Assembly: GCA_000165345.1 (NCBI GenBank)
Contig: CM000432.1
Coordinates: 160,001-224,000, forward strand
Direction of reading: 5' to 3'
DNA length: 64,000 bases
Shown here: in pieces, positions 29,501-39,596 of the stretch
Layout of the letters: every line of letters begins with the position of its first letter
Position numbering within the stretch: the stretch's first letter is position 1
Notes under the pieces: model-generated
Database searches by the model: none
Told to the model about the DNA's origin: nothing
Seen by the model: only the letters and a program-made list of their open reading frames with translations
Translations under genes and position numbers: made by a program

Positions 29501-32309
29501 ATTGAAAAAAGACCGAATTGAACTCTTAGAAAAGCTTTATGATTCTAGAGATTTGATACCAAAGATTAGCCATTGGATTGTTGGTGGAGATGGCTGGGCT
29601 TACGATATTGGATATGCCGGTCTTGACCATGTTTTATCATTTGGAGAGGATGTAAATATCATAATTTTGGATACTGAGGTATATTCTAATACAGGAGGTC
29701 AAGCTTCTAAGAGTACTCCTTTTGGTGCTATAGCAAAGTTTGCTCAGAGTGGTAATTTGAGACAAAAGAAGGATATCGGATCTATTGCAATGGAATATGG
29801 ATCAGTATATGTTGCATCCGTTGCTTTAGGAGCAAACTACTCACAAACTATCAAATCTTTGCTAGAGGCTGAGAAATACCCAGGAACATCTTTGATTGTA
29901 GCTTATTCAACTTGTATTGAACATGGTTACACTAAATATAATCTCCAACAAGAAAGTGTTAAGCTTGCAGTAGAAAGTGGATACTGGCCTTTGTATCGAT
30001 ATAATCCAGAGCTGGTACGAACCGAAGTTGTGGATAACCTAACAACAATAGTATCTTCTGGGTTTACCTTAGATTCCAAAAAAGTTAAGGTTGATATAGA
30101 GAACTTCCTAAAGAGGGAGAACCGTTTCTTGCAATTAATAAGGAGTAACCCAGAATTGGCTTCAATGGCAAAAGATAAGTTAAAGGCTCATTCAGACAAA
30201 AGGTTCCAGAAGATGAAGGACATGTCTGAGAATGTCACAGTAACAGCTTTGAAAGATCAAATAAAGAAACTTAAGGATCAATTGATTTCCATTCAAAATG
30301 CAAGCAAAACCGGCGAATTAGCTGCAAGTGGTTTAATTAATGCAGATTTATTCATTGAACAAGAAATGCATGTATTATACGGTACCGAAACAGGAAATTC
30401 AGAAGAGGTTGCACAGTATATACAGAGCCAGTTGGTATCAAGAGGATATTCATCCAGCTCATTGAATTTAGATGATTTGGATATTGATGAGTTTTTGAAT
30501 CCAGATAAGTTTTCTACAGTGATAATTGTTACAAGTACTTCAGGACAGGGAGAGTTTCCAGGATCATCAGGAATTTTATACGAGGCTTTGCTTAAGAAAC
30601 ACTTGGAGAATCAGGATGACAAGTTCTGTAGTTTTATGAGATTTGGAATATTTGGTTTAGGTGATTCCAACTACGTTTTCTTCAATGAAGCAGCAAAAAA
30701 ATGGGACAAACTTTTGTTAGATTGTGGAGCAGTTAGAATTGGAGCAGTGGGAATGGGAGATGATCAATCAGAAGAAAAATACGAAACTGAGCTAATTGAA
30801 TGGCTACCAGATTATTTACAATTGATTAATGCTCCAGAACCAAAGCATGATGAGAAGAGTGAGATTCCAAAAGCAACTACTTTTAAAGTGACAATACTGG
30901 ACTCTTGTAGAAATGATATATTAAATGAATCAACTGGTACTTTATGTGAGAAATTGGATGAAAATAATAATATTGGGAATTCACATTATAAGCCAATAAT
31001 TCCTCCAAATTCAGTTTTACTTCCCGTAATAGAAAATAAGAGAATAACAAATCAAGATTATGATAAGGATGTAAGACATATAGTATTTAAATTAATTGGT
31101 GATGGAGGTGATACTCCATCTCTTTCTTATTGTTTGGGAGATAGTTTAGCATTGTATGGTCAAAATCCAGTAAATGAAGCAATTAAAGCTATAGAAATGT
31201 TTGGTTATAATCCGTATAGTTTGCTTAGGTTGAGTATAAATGAAGAAAATGAGGCAAATAATACAAATAAAGTAAATCAGAGATACAGTTCATTATTTGG
31301 ATATGATATAACTGTGTTGCAATTATTTGTGGAATGCTTGGATCTTTGGGGAAAGCCTAATCGCAAGTTTTTCCAGGAATTTTATCGTTATTGTAGTAAC
31401 CCAGAAGAGAAGATTCAAGCAAAGAAGTGGGCACAGAATGAAGGGAAGAAACTAATTGAAGAGTTTTCATCAAAAACTGGGACATATTTGGATGTATTTA
31501 AAATGTTCGAATCAGCAAGACCAACTCTTGCTCAGCTTTTAGATATCGTACCTTTCATAAAGTCGAGATCATATTCAATAGCTTCTTGTAATAAATTTGT
31601 AAATGGAGAAAAAATTGAACTTTGTGTAGGAATAGTGGACTGGAAGCTTGAATCAGGTGAGATTAGGTATGGCCAATGCACAGGTTTCTTAAATAGATTA
31701 CCGATACTAGATTCAGAATCAAAAATAGACAGTATTCCTAGACTTCCTTCAAATATTAAAGCAAGCGCTTTCAACTTACCTTTTGATTATAGATCGCCGG
31801 TTATTATGGCTTGTATGGGCACTGGAATTGCACCTTTTAGAGCCTTTGTTCAGAATAAAAAGTACATTAGAGATGTATTAAAAGAAGAAATTGGACCAGT
31901 AATATTATATTTTGGTTGTAGATATTATGATAATGACTATTTATACCGTGAAGAGCTTGAGAATTATGTAAAGGAAGGGGTTATTACTTCTTTGAATATT
32001 GCATTTTCTAGAGATCCAAAGGGGTATAAGACATCAAATTGCGAGAATATTAGATATGCACAAAAGATGTATGTACAACATCTGATGCTTGAGAATAGTC
32101 AAGAAATTTACGAGAATATGATAGAAAAATGTGGTTACTTTTACCTTTGCGGTACTAAACAGGTTCCTATTGATATTAGGAAGGCAATAATCCAGATAAT
32201 TATTAAACACAGCTCCACAACAGAGCAGGTAACCTCTGAAGAAGATGCTAATAGTATTTTGAATAGTATTCAGATAATGGGTAGATATAATGTCGAAGCC
32301 TGGTCATAG
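26505..32309 (+). CDS. PNO: Pyruvate:NADP+ oxidoreductase (PNO): pyruvate:ferredoxin oxidoreductase fused to an NADPH-cytochrome P450 reductase-like module
   Basis: PFOR signatures are the N-terminus MGEKEIVDGCVAACHIAYACSEVAFTYPITPSS, two 4Fe-4S ferredoxin motifs (CTQCNYCSIVCP and CTGCELCVHACP) and the TPP box GGDGWAYDIGYAGLDHV. After a linker at about aa 1280-1320 there is a flavodoxin/FMN domain (HVLYGTETGNSEEVAQ, FGLGDSNY), an FAD domain (RSYSIASC) and an NADPH domain (CMGTGIAPFRAF...CGT). It is a single 1934-aa ORF with an ATG start. Confidence 0.9.
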   Translation: MGEKEIVDGCVAACHIAYACSEVAFTYPITPSSTISEVADSWMSRGRRNIFDQVVSVVEMQSEMGSAGALHGSLSVGCSTTTFTASQGLLLMIPNMYKIAGELWPCVFHVTARAIATSSLSIFGDHNDIMAARQTGWAFLGAMTVQEVMDLALVSHVSTFECSVPFVNFFDGFRTSHELQKIDMISYETIKKIFPYEKLKEFRERALNPTHPTLRGTATSSDVYFQLAEARNKYYESTPDIVQSVMDRLAKLIGRSYHLFDYYGHPDAEFLIVVMGSGGLTIEEMIDYLMEKSNEKVGMIKVRLFRPWSIDAFVKKIPKTTKRITVLERCKESGSLGEPLCLDVSTSIMRSELSSNNILVLGGRYGLASKEFTPGMALAVWENMISEKPINNFSVGIDDDVTFKSLFVRQPRLDLLTSETKQCLFWGLGSDGTVSANKNAIKIIGESTDLQVQGYFAYDAKKAGGATMSHLRFGPKPIKSAYLLQRCDYVAVHHPSYVHKFDVLENIKQGGCFVLNCPWSTLEELNHELPSKIKHQIASRDVKFYVIDAQRIAQESNLGRRINNILMVVFFSLTNIIPLDLAIKLVKEAIKKTYGKKGDAVVNSNWKAVDLTLESLIQISYDKSQWISKDKCGEKSLPATAVETGNKDQEITKSTVLKQKPEHDVNQFVKDILGPVNALKGDELPVSMFDPTGTVPLGTTAYEKRGIAMSIPIVDMNKCTQCNYCSIVCPHAAIRPFLLDEAEFKNAPETMHIPKAKGGQEFSSYYYRIQVTPLDCTGCELCVHACPDDALHMEGLQKMEAVEKTHWDYLIGLPNKAEKFDRTTVKGSQFQQPLLEFSAACEGCGETPYVKLLTQLFGERMVIANATGCSSIWGASYPSVPYTKNQKGYGPAWGNSLFEDNAEYGLGMVVGYRQRRDRFRELVSNEILKDITEEEEFLKDDNASVQGRNEIITKYDHLKDYLRSWLKNIRNGEACQSLFEEISKLLEDNLINSNNFAQVLKKDRIELLEKLYDSRDLIPKISHWIVGGDGWAYDIGYAGLDHVLSFGEDVNIIILDTEVYSNTGGQASKSTPFGAIAKFAQSGNLRQKKDIGSIAMEYGSVYVASVALGANYSQTIKSLLEAEKYPGTSLIVAYSTCIEHGYTKYNLQQESVKLAVESGYWPLYRYNPELVRTEVVDNLTTIVSSGFTLDSKKVKVDIENFLKRENRFLQLIRSNPELASMAKDKLKAHSDKRFQKMKDMSENVTVTALKDQIKKLKDQLISIQNASKTGELAASGLINADLFIEQEMHVLYGTETGNSEEVAQYIQSQLVSRGYSSSSLNLDDLDIDEFLNPDKFSTVIIVTSTSGQGEFPGSSGILYEALLKKHLENQDDKFCSFMRFGIFGLGDSNYVFFNEAAKKWDKLLLDCGAVRIGAVGMGDDQSEEKYETELIEWLPDYLQLINAPEPKHDEKSEIPKATTFKVTILDSCRNDILNESTGTLCEKLDENNNIGNSHYKPIIPPNSVLLPVIENKRITNQDYDKDVRHIVFKLIGDGGDTPSLSYCLGDSLALYGQNPVNEAIKAIEMFGYNPYSLLRLSINEENEANNTNKVNQRYSSLFGYDITVLQLFVECLDLWGKPNRKFFQEFYRYCSNPEEKIQAKKWAQNEGKKLIEEFSSKTGTYLDVFKMFESARPTLAQLLDIVPFIKSRSYSIASCNKFVNGEKIELCVGIVDWKLESGEIRYGQCTGFLNRLPILDSESKIDSIPRLPSNIKASAFNLPFDYRSPVIMACMGTGIAPFRAFVQNKKYIRDVLKEEIGPVILYFGCRYYDNDYLYREELENYVKEGVITSLNIAFSRDPKGYKTSNCENIRYAQKMYVQHLMLENSQEIYENMIEKCGYFYLCGTKQVPIDIRKAIIQIIIKHSSTTEQVTSEEDANSILNSIQIMGRYNVEAWS

Positions 32310-32795
32310 AAAAAAATTATTATTAAATAAAACTTGAGAACTGAGACACTACAATTCAAAAAATAAGAGTTCAAAGTTTTCAATTTTTGGTTTTAAATAT
32401 ACATTTTTTCAATTTTTTAAAAAAGCTATCATAGCCTTTGAAATTCTACTAATTTTTATTTCTATTTGATCAATTTCAATATTTGTGAGCTAATTACTAT
32501 TTACATGCATTTTCAAGCACATTAGGTTTTTTCTCTTAAAATTGCACATACCGGCATCGAGCACACATTACATGTAAATTTTCTGTTAGATAGCAAATAC
32601 TAATTGCATGCATATTCATGTGGACAAAATGAATTCGGCGAAGGCGCCTTGCTAATCCATCTACTAATAAATATTAGTGGCGATGGGCGATTAATAGAAA
32701 AGTAGTTAGAATAGCAGAGGGTTTGTGCGGAAATTCTAGAACAAAAACAAAGATTACATCATCGTTCCGGTTAAAAGTTTCGAATTAAATCCTAT

Positions 32796-34079
32796 TTATT
32801 TTTCCAAGTGCTCGACTTCAAATTGAATTCCTAAATCTTGGCATTGTTTGATAGCTGAGACTCCAAAAAGAGTAGAGGGTGTTGAAAATCCAGCAGTTTG
32901 TGGGAGATTATCATAATCAAAAATGATCGAGAAAGAGCAAGCAAGTGCAGTAACTGCAGAAATACTATAAGTCTCAAGATCTCGTGCCTGAACAACACAT
33001 TTGTAGCTCTTTCCTTGCATTGTAGTTCCAACAAAGGTTGAATTAATAACAGTATCCTTAGCCTTTGAAACATCTGGTCCTGTTCCAATCAAATATGGTG
33101 CTCCACAATGAACCATCTTTGAGATGATATATCTTTCAGATAAGAATCTTCCAATCTTATCCTTAAAGCAACCAGTAAGAGCAGATAAATAAGAATTATT
33201 GATAGATCTTGAGGAAAAAACAAAATCCATACCATATGGATAACCCATTTCTTCATTTGCAAAATGTACAAACATTGAATAAGGACCGGAAAGCATATTT
33301 GGTGAAGTCCATGATTGAAGACTAGAGTTGTAAATTGGCTTACAAGCAACTCTATTTTTTTCAGTAACTTCTGCAATGTTACTAAGACATAAAGTTCCAT
33401 TACACATTCCATAAGGATCATTTTGTTTTATTTCATTCCTCATTGGGCCGTTTATTGTCAATAAAACACTCTTCACTGTTCCATAACTTGCTGATTGGTT
33501 ATATCCATCATGCTGAGAATAGTGTATGACTTCTTGACATGGGAGACCACTTGTTTGTGCCGCAAAGTTTTGAAGATGCAATAATCCTAAATCAACAATA
33601 GTTGAGACAAATCCACAACTTGTGGCAAATTTCAAACCCTTGGATGCAATTGAAGCTCCATATAATTTTTGCATTTTTTTTGCCCATGCATACTCACCGG
33701 ACAAATCTATATAATGAGTGTAATGCTCACAGCATAGGCTCACAATAATCTCACCGCATTCAGTATATGGCCCAGAAACATTGATACAAACTTTTGAATT
33801 TGCAATGCATTTTCCAATTTCCTCATTATTATTACATACAAACATTGGGACAGAGGAAATCATTTCTTCACCTTTAGAAGTACCTGTTTCTTTGTCTAAA
33901 GTATCAATAAGGCACTTTCTAAGGGCTTCCATTTTATCTACACTTCTTCCTCCAAAGCAGTAATTTAAGTTTGTTGTTCCTGGTTTATATGTTCTTACAA
34001 GTAAATCACATATTAAATTCCCTGTGAAGCCAGTGGATCCCCAAATAAATAAATCATATTGTTTTTGTGGTCCGGACAT
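32796..34079 (-). CDS. Saccharopine dehydrogenase-like oxidoreductase (SCCPDH family)
   Basis: The N-terminal Rossmann motif MSGPQKQYDLFIWGSTGFTGNLICDLL matches the SCCPDH N-terminus (FHLVVFGASGFTGQFV). The protein is 427 aa with an ATG start. Confidence 0.65.
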   Translation of the reverse strand: MSGPQKQYDLFIWGSTGFTGNLICDLLVRTYKPGTTNLNYCFGGRSVDKMEALRKCLIDTLDKETGTSKGEEMISSVPMFVCNNNEEIGKCIANSKVCINVSGPYTECGEIIVSLCCEHYTHYIDLSGEYAWAKKMQKLYGASIASKGLKFATSCGFVSTIVDLGLLHLQNFAAQTSGLPCQEVIHYSQHDGYNQSASYGTVKSVLLTINGPMRNEIKQNDPYGMCNGTLCLSNIAEVTEKNRVACKPIYNSSLQSWTSPNMLSGPYSMFVHFANEEMGYPYGMDFVFSSRSINNSYLSALTGCFKDKIGRFLSERYIISKMVHCGAPYLIGTGPDVSKAKDTVINSTFVGTTMQGKSYKCVVQARDLETYSISAVTALACSFSIIFDYDNLPQTAGFSTPSTLFGVSAIKQCQDLGIQFEVEHLEK

Positions 34080-34609
34080 CTCTGATTAACTATTAGAAAA
34101 AAAAGATTACTCTTAAATTTCGGTCAAAATGTCCCTATTTCAGAAGAAGCTGTTAAAATCCAAAATTGGTTATTTGGATTTCTTACCTCAACAAAGCTTC
34201 TTTTTAGATTCTTTGATTTAAGAATTGTTCAATTCTATTCTTCGCCCCTCAATTCACTATTAATATATTAAATATGTCTACTATCCAAATATAGCTTCTT
34301 GAATGACTATTATTGTATTATTTATCCTGCACATTATATGTGAAAATTAGATCTATCCACATAAACATTAATTATTAATTCAATATATTTCCCCTCTTTG
34401 CCGCCTAAACTTTGCGCTGGTTATAATTTGACGAAAAAAGTTTAATGCATGGAATTAATATGTGAAGTTGAGGGAAGGAAGACTTAGGAGAAGTGGATAA
34501 ATAATTAAAAATAAGGTAATATGAATAAATAAGAACAAAGTAGGTTATATAAGCATTATTTAATGCTGTAGATTTAAATATATAAGTTAAAACTAATCTA
34601 TTAGTTTAC

Positions 34610-35284
34610 TCAAAGCAAGCTAATGAGCGATTTTTGGCTAATTTTACTCTCATTACTTTCAATGAGCGGTTTTTCGTAGGTTTTTGATTTATTAGGGTCG
34701 ACGTTTCCTTGTTGGGTTGGATTATTAGCATCTAATTTCTCAGATTTCTTCATACGATGAGCTTTTTCTACCTGTTGTAGATAAAAGTTGTTTTCCTTTT
34801 GAACTTGAGTAATTCTGGCTTGAAGTTTGGTTTTTCTAACAGATTTTAGATATCTGTTATGTTCTGTCAGATTATGCCACTTGAAATTGGATAAATATTT
34901 AATACACCAAATGTCATCTCTCCAAGCATTATGCCTTTTTTTACCTCCAACATTTGTATTATTTAATGAGCTTGCAACTATTTTTGCAACTTTTTTATCT
35001 TTGAATTCAACCCAACCATCAATATATCTGATATAGTTTCCACCCTTCATTTTAACTCTCTGCTCATGTTTTGATTTGTCTTCAGGTCTTAGAAAAATTC
35101 GGTCTACCTCACCAAATTTGGACATTATTTCTCTAATATGATGAGGTTGCATTTTTGGAGGTATTCTGGAAATATATATAATTCCTCTATTTTTTTCATC
35201 ATTAATAGCGTTTTCAAATGCAGAAAGAATTTCACTTTTCTCGTTAGTTTTGTTTAATTCTTTAGTAGTTTCTTCTGGAGTCAT
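34610..35284 (-). CDS. ESF2/ABT1-family pre-rRNA processing protein (RRM-like)
   Basis: GIIYISRIPPKMQPHHIREIMSKFGEVDRIFLRPED...GGNYIRYIDGWVEFKDKKVAKIVASSLNNTNVGGKK matches the ESF2/ABP1 domain (GVVYFSSIPPYMKP..RQILTRFGEVDRLFL). Confidence 0.75.
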   Translation of the reverse strand: MTPEETTKELNKTNEKSEILSAFENAINDEKNRGIIYISRIPPKMQPHHIREIMSKFGEVDRIFLRPEDKSKHEQRVKMKGGNYIRYIDGWVEFKDKKVAKIVASSLNNTNVGGKKRHNAWRDDIWCIKYLSNFKWHNLTEHNRYLKSVRKTKLQARITQVQKENNFYLQQVEKAHRMKKSEKLDANNPTQQGNVDPNKSKTYEKPLIESNESKISQKSLISLL

Positions 35285-35768
35285 TTTGATATGTATTCGA
35301 GAATAGGATGGTTTTGCTTCATCAAAGAAAATAAATAATAAGATAATCAGACTTTTAGATTTGGAATTTAATTAACAGTTTGAGTTAAAAGTCAAAATTT
35401 CGCTGCTTACCTTTGAAAAGCTATTTTTTTCTAAATTGTAAAAAATAATCAATTTTTGACAAAACTGTCAGTTGGCGCCAAAGGTTAAAAAAATATATTA
35501 CCAAATATTAAAGAAAGAGAAATGATAATAGAAAATAAGAATTGTAAATAATATAAGCAATGGTTAATGAAAGTACTAATGATATAAATAGTTTAATGAA
35601 GGGAAAAATACCCTGAATTAAAGGTGAAAGGAAGGATAGATATTGCTTTATTAGTCTTTTGTATTAATTTGAAGATTTATTGCATTTGCAAGTTTAAAAT
35701 GAAAACATGATAATTTCTATTTAGTTAGAAAATTATACCAGCATAATATGTCTGTTAATTATTATTTG

Positions 35769-36770
35769 TTAATTTCTTTTAAAAGATTTTGCATTACTCA
35801 TGTTTCCAAATAAGTTCTTTTTATTGCTACGATTACTGATTTTATTAGATCTGTCATCTTCACTATCTGAATCAGTATCGCTATTACTTTCACTACTACT
35901 TTCTGATTCACTATCAGATTCGTCTTCATCTACATTAAGGATATCACCTTCGTCATCTTCTTCAAGTTCGTCATCTTCATCAACAGCTTCACCAGTAAAC
36001 CAATATAGAGAGTATGGAATCAATTTATCCCTAATAAAGATTCCCATTTCATAATCAGTTTCTACAGTGGATTCAAGTTCCATAATATCGAAACGATCCA
36101 TTTTTGCAAGTTCTTCGTCAGAAGGAACATTTAAAGATTTAAAGAAATTAAAGAAGCTTTCTCTATGGACAGTTTCTGTCACAATACGAACTTCTTTGGA
36201 TTGTTTATGTCTTTGCCTTCTGACAACAACCTCTTGAGTAGGGTCTCTTCCTTGCTTCCATTCAATTTTGCTTACAACAGTATTGCTTAATAATGGCTCA
36301 TCGTCTTCTAAGAAAACCATAACATATTCTTTTTTAATATTTGTGCCTTCAAAGAAGGGATTTGGAGCAAAGTTGAAATTAAGAATAAAACCAGATTGTT
36401 GCTCTGAAGTCCATTCCGAGGTAATATTCTTAAGATATGAAAGAATAGGAATGTCATACTCTTCAATGGCTGACCCTAGCATTCTGCTGTTCCTCATTGC
36501 AGTAATCCAAAATTGAGGTAGTCCAGGAGTTCCAGATTCTTCAACAGTGCCTGATTCCAAAATTTGATCTCTTTTACTATAAATTTCGTTATACTGAGCT
36601 TCAAATTTTGAACGGAGTTTTCGCATTTCTGCCAAGTATTCCTTTTCTATCAAGTTAAATTCAATCTGCAAATCTTTAAGTTTTTTGAGAGATTGCCTGC
36701 TCTCATCAGATAAATGTTGTTCGAACTCGTCGATTTCTTCTATCTTGTCTCCAGAAGTGTTAGTATTCAT
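35769..36770 (-). CDS. Nucleosome assembly protein (NAP1 family) with acidic C-terminal tail
   Basis: It has the NAP fold signature (QYNEIYSKRDQI...GLPQFWITAMRNS...ILSYLKNITSEW...FNFAPNPFFEGTNIKKEY) and an acidic Asp/Glu/Ser-rich C-terminus. The start is an ATG. Confidence 0.8.
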   Translation of the reverse strand: MNTNTSGDKIEEIDEFEQHLSDESRQSLKKLKDLQIEFNLIEKEYLAEMRKLRSKFEAQYNEIYSKRDQILESGTVEESGTPGLPQFWITAMRNSRMLGSAIEEYDIPILSYLKNITSEWTSEQQSGFILNFNFAPNPFFEGTNIKKEYVMVFLEDDEPLLSNTVVSKIEWKQGRDPTQEVVVRRQRHKQSKEVRIVTETVHRESFFNFFKSLNVPSDEELAKMDRFDIMELESTVETDYEMGIFIRDKLIPYSLYWFTGEAVDEDDELEEDDEGDILNVDEDESDSESESSSESNSDTDSDSEDDRSNKISNRSNKKNLFGNMSNAKSFKRN

Positions 36771-37483
36771 CTTAACTTTTTTATAGGCACTAGAAATTTG
36801 AATTAAATGAAGCTATTCTTGACGACAGAATAACGATTTTGTAAATTTTGACATTAATTTATAGCTCTGTTTTCATGGCGGGAAAATCCATTAGGTTTAA
36901 CTTAACTAACATTTTATAAGCCATTATCATTCAGGTAGTTTATAGCTTTATGACTAGACAATAAATTATTATGATTTTTTTAATGTTAGAAAATAAGTGT
37001 TGAATTAAACTACAAAAGTAATGAATTTTAGTGCTTTTGAACTTAAAATACATCTGTTGGTCTTCTTAAGAATTGATTTTAATTATAAATTTTTTTTAAA
37101 GTATTGCTACATTCAAAATTAATAATTATTGAATCTTTTTTTTCATAAAATGTTTACTTACGTGTCATGTGTTTGTTGTTTTTTTAATTAATAAGTAAAT
37201 TGCATGTAACACCGGTATAGTAATGTTTCTTAATTTTGTCCACATGCAAATATTTATGAATGAATAAAAAAATATAAAGGTACACACATAGTCAAAGTAT
37301 GAACTAAAAAAAAAAATCAATTAATTAAATAATTTAAAAATTTGTTCAAACAAGGAGACTAAGAGAGAATATTAATATACAAAACATAGAGCATTTATTC
37401 AAATTTAAAATAATTGCGTTTTGCAATACAAGATAAATGAAATTAGAATAGAAAATCACAAAAAAGGTGAATAATTAATAAAA

Positions 37484-39538
37484 ATGACTCATTACGACAA
37501 AAATAGCGATTTTATTGAAGATAATATTTTTGGAATCTTGAATAATGAGCAGGATTCAATTGAAAATTTAAAGAAAGGTGAGTAGAAGTAATTAATGCAA
37601 ATTTGATGATTAATAGCAAAGTATTTAGCAAATCTAATATATGAAGAAATTAATCAAAAAATTACCAATGAGAGAGAAAATACAATAGATATTAAAGTAA
37701 GTAAAAACAATCTAAAAATCATTTTGTTTATCATAAGTAATATGATGAGCATGATTAAAATAAAAATATTGGTATATTAATTTCTTGATAATTTATTATG
37801 AAATAGAACCAGTTAGAATCACTAATACAAATAATTGACCATGTAAAAGAAATGGAGGACCAAATCATGGAATATTTGAAATCGCAAAAAGTTGTTAAAG
37901 AAAAGGCAAGAGTTGAAATGGACAATAAATATAAAGAATCGCTTGAGGAAAAGAATATAGAGAGGAAGAAAGCAGAGGAAGAATTGGGTAGGATAATAGA
38001 TCAAATTAAAGAGAAGAATGGAGAATTAAGTAAGATGGACATTATGATAAAGGATGTATCTAAGGATAATGATTCAATTTTAAAGGTATGTTTAAAAGAA
38101 TTTAATAATGCTTATAACTATCAACTTGTTAATAAAATATAAAATAGTCAATTGAGAGTTGGAATGAAAAGAAAAATCAATGGAGAAGAGTAATTGATGA
38201 GCAAGAAAAAAAAAAGGAACAACTTTCAGATTTGAGTAGCTATTTATCCGAGAGATTCAAAAATTTGAATGATGAGTATAATCAAATTCTTCAGGAGAAG
38301 AAGGGTTTAATTGCTTCAAAAGATAATTTAGAGATTTTGATTGAAAAGTCAAAAAAAGAAGGAGAAGAGAAAATGAGAGAATTATATAAAGTGGATAAGG
38401 AAATAAAAGATGAATTAGAGGAAAAGGTGAATGAAAATAATAATATTTCAGCAGAAATATCGAAATTGAAAGAGAATAATGAAACAAATGAGAAAAAAAA
38501 AGTTTCTATTGAGGAAGAAATCGTTAAATTAGAAAATGATTTAATTTTAAAAGCAGATGAAATTAAGTTAAGTAAGGAGGATTTATTGAGAATTAGTGAT
38601 GAGTTGGATAAAAAAAAGCTAGAAACATCCAAATTTATACAGGAGTTGGTTGAAAATAAAAGATGTTTGGATGAAATTAATGAATTAAATATACTCTTAG
38701 AAAGCAAAAGAGAGAAATTGAGACAAATGGATGCAAAGAGTGAATCTAGTAATAGTTATTACAATATAATTGAGTTGGAGCATATCAATGAAGCTAATAA
38801 CCTACTTGAGCATGAGATTTTGTCATTGAATTCAAAAATAAAACAAGATGAGAAGGTTTTAATTGATGAGATTTCTAAATTAAAAGAATCGAAAGTGCTT
38901 GTTTCAGCTGAAGATATTGAAAAATCATTAACAGAATTGGAGATGGAATTAGCTGAAGACAAATTGGATAAGATTTCATTAATTGAGAATTTTGATCAAG
39001 ATGAAACAAAAATGGATGATATATTAAACCAAATTTCTAAAATACGTCAATTATTGAATGAACAAGAAAATGATAACAATAATAATGAAGAAGAAATTTC
39101 GATTAAGAAAAGAAAGGGAAAATTAAAAAGGAGCAAAGCAAAGAATACTCAATCTATGGAACATGTTTTAATACAGTCATTAAGAATGATACAAAAAATA
39201 GATCAATTTAGAGTAGGATCAATTAATCAAAGTTCAGATATCAAAGAGACTCAGAAGATAAATAACATTATTACAACCGAAAATGATAATAATCGAATAG
39301 TGAAGCCTCTTGAAAGTCCAAAGAGTGGGGTATCCGGCCTTGGAAGAAGAGTAATGATTTCTAATAGAAGACTGCTAACACCAAGAAAGGTAAGTTAATA
39401 AGAAAAAAAAAGATAAATTACAAAAATTTAACACTACATTAACAACTCCAGGGTTTATTTGCACCTATTCCACAATCTAGTCGCCACAGAGGATCTAGAT
39501 GTGGAGACGACGATACTCTATTTGGATCTGATTTATAA
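37484..39538 (+). CDS. Coiled-coil protein, 5 exons (~594 aa), function unknown
   Basis: Exon 1 (37484..37577) starts at ATG and ends at a GTGAGT donor. Exon 2 (37617..37696) ends at a GTAAGT donor. Exon 3 (37807..38085) ends at a GTATGT donor. Exon 4 (38148..39389) ends at a GTAAGT donor. Exon 5 (39452..39538) ends at TAA. All acceptors are ...TAG/CAG and every junction preserves an open frame. The ORF track shows only fragments (37852..38142 and 38232..39398, the latter with a TTG pseudo-start). The protein is K/E-rich with heptad-like coiled-coil composition. Confidence 0.5.
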
Positions 39539-39596
39539 CTACATAAAAAAAGTCAGATTAAAAAAAAATTTGGTTCATTTGAAAAATTAAATCATT

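Noticed and set aside
35800-36054. 84-aa plus-strand ORF inside the NAP gene
   Set aside because: It is antisense to the acidic tail of the NAP1-family gene and its translation is poly-Ser/Leu, so it is a compositional artefact.
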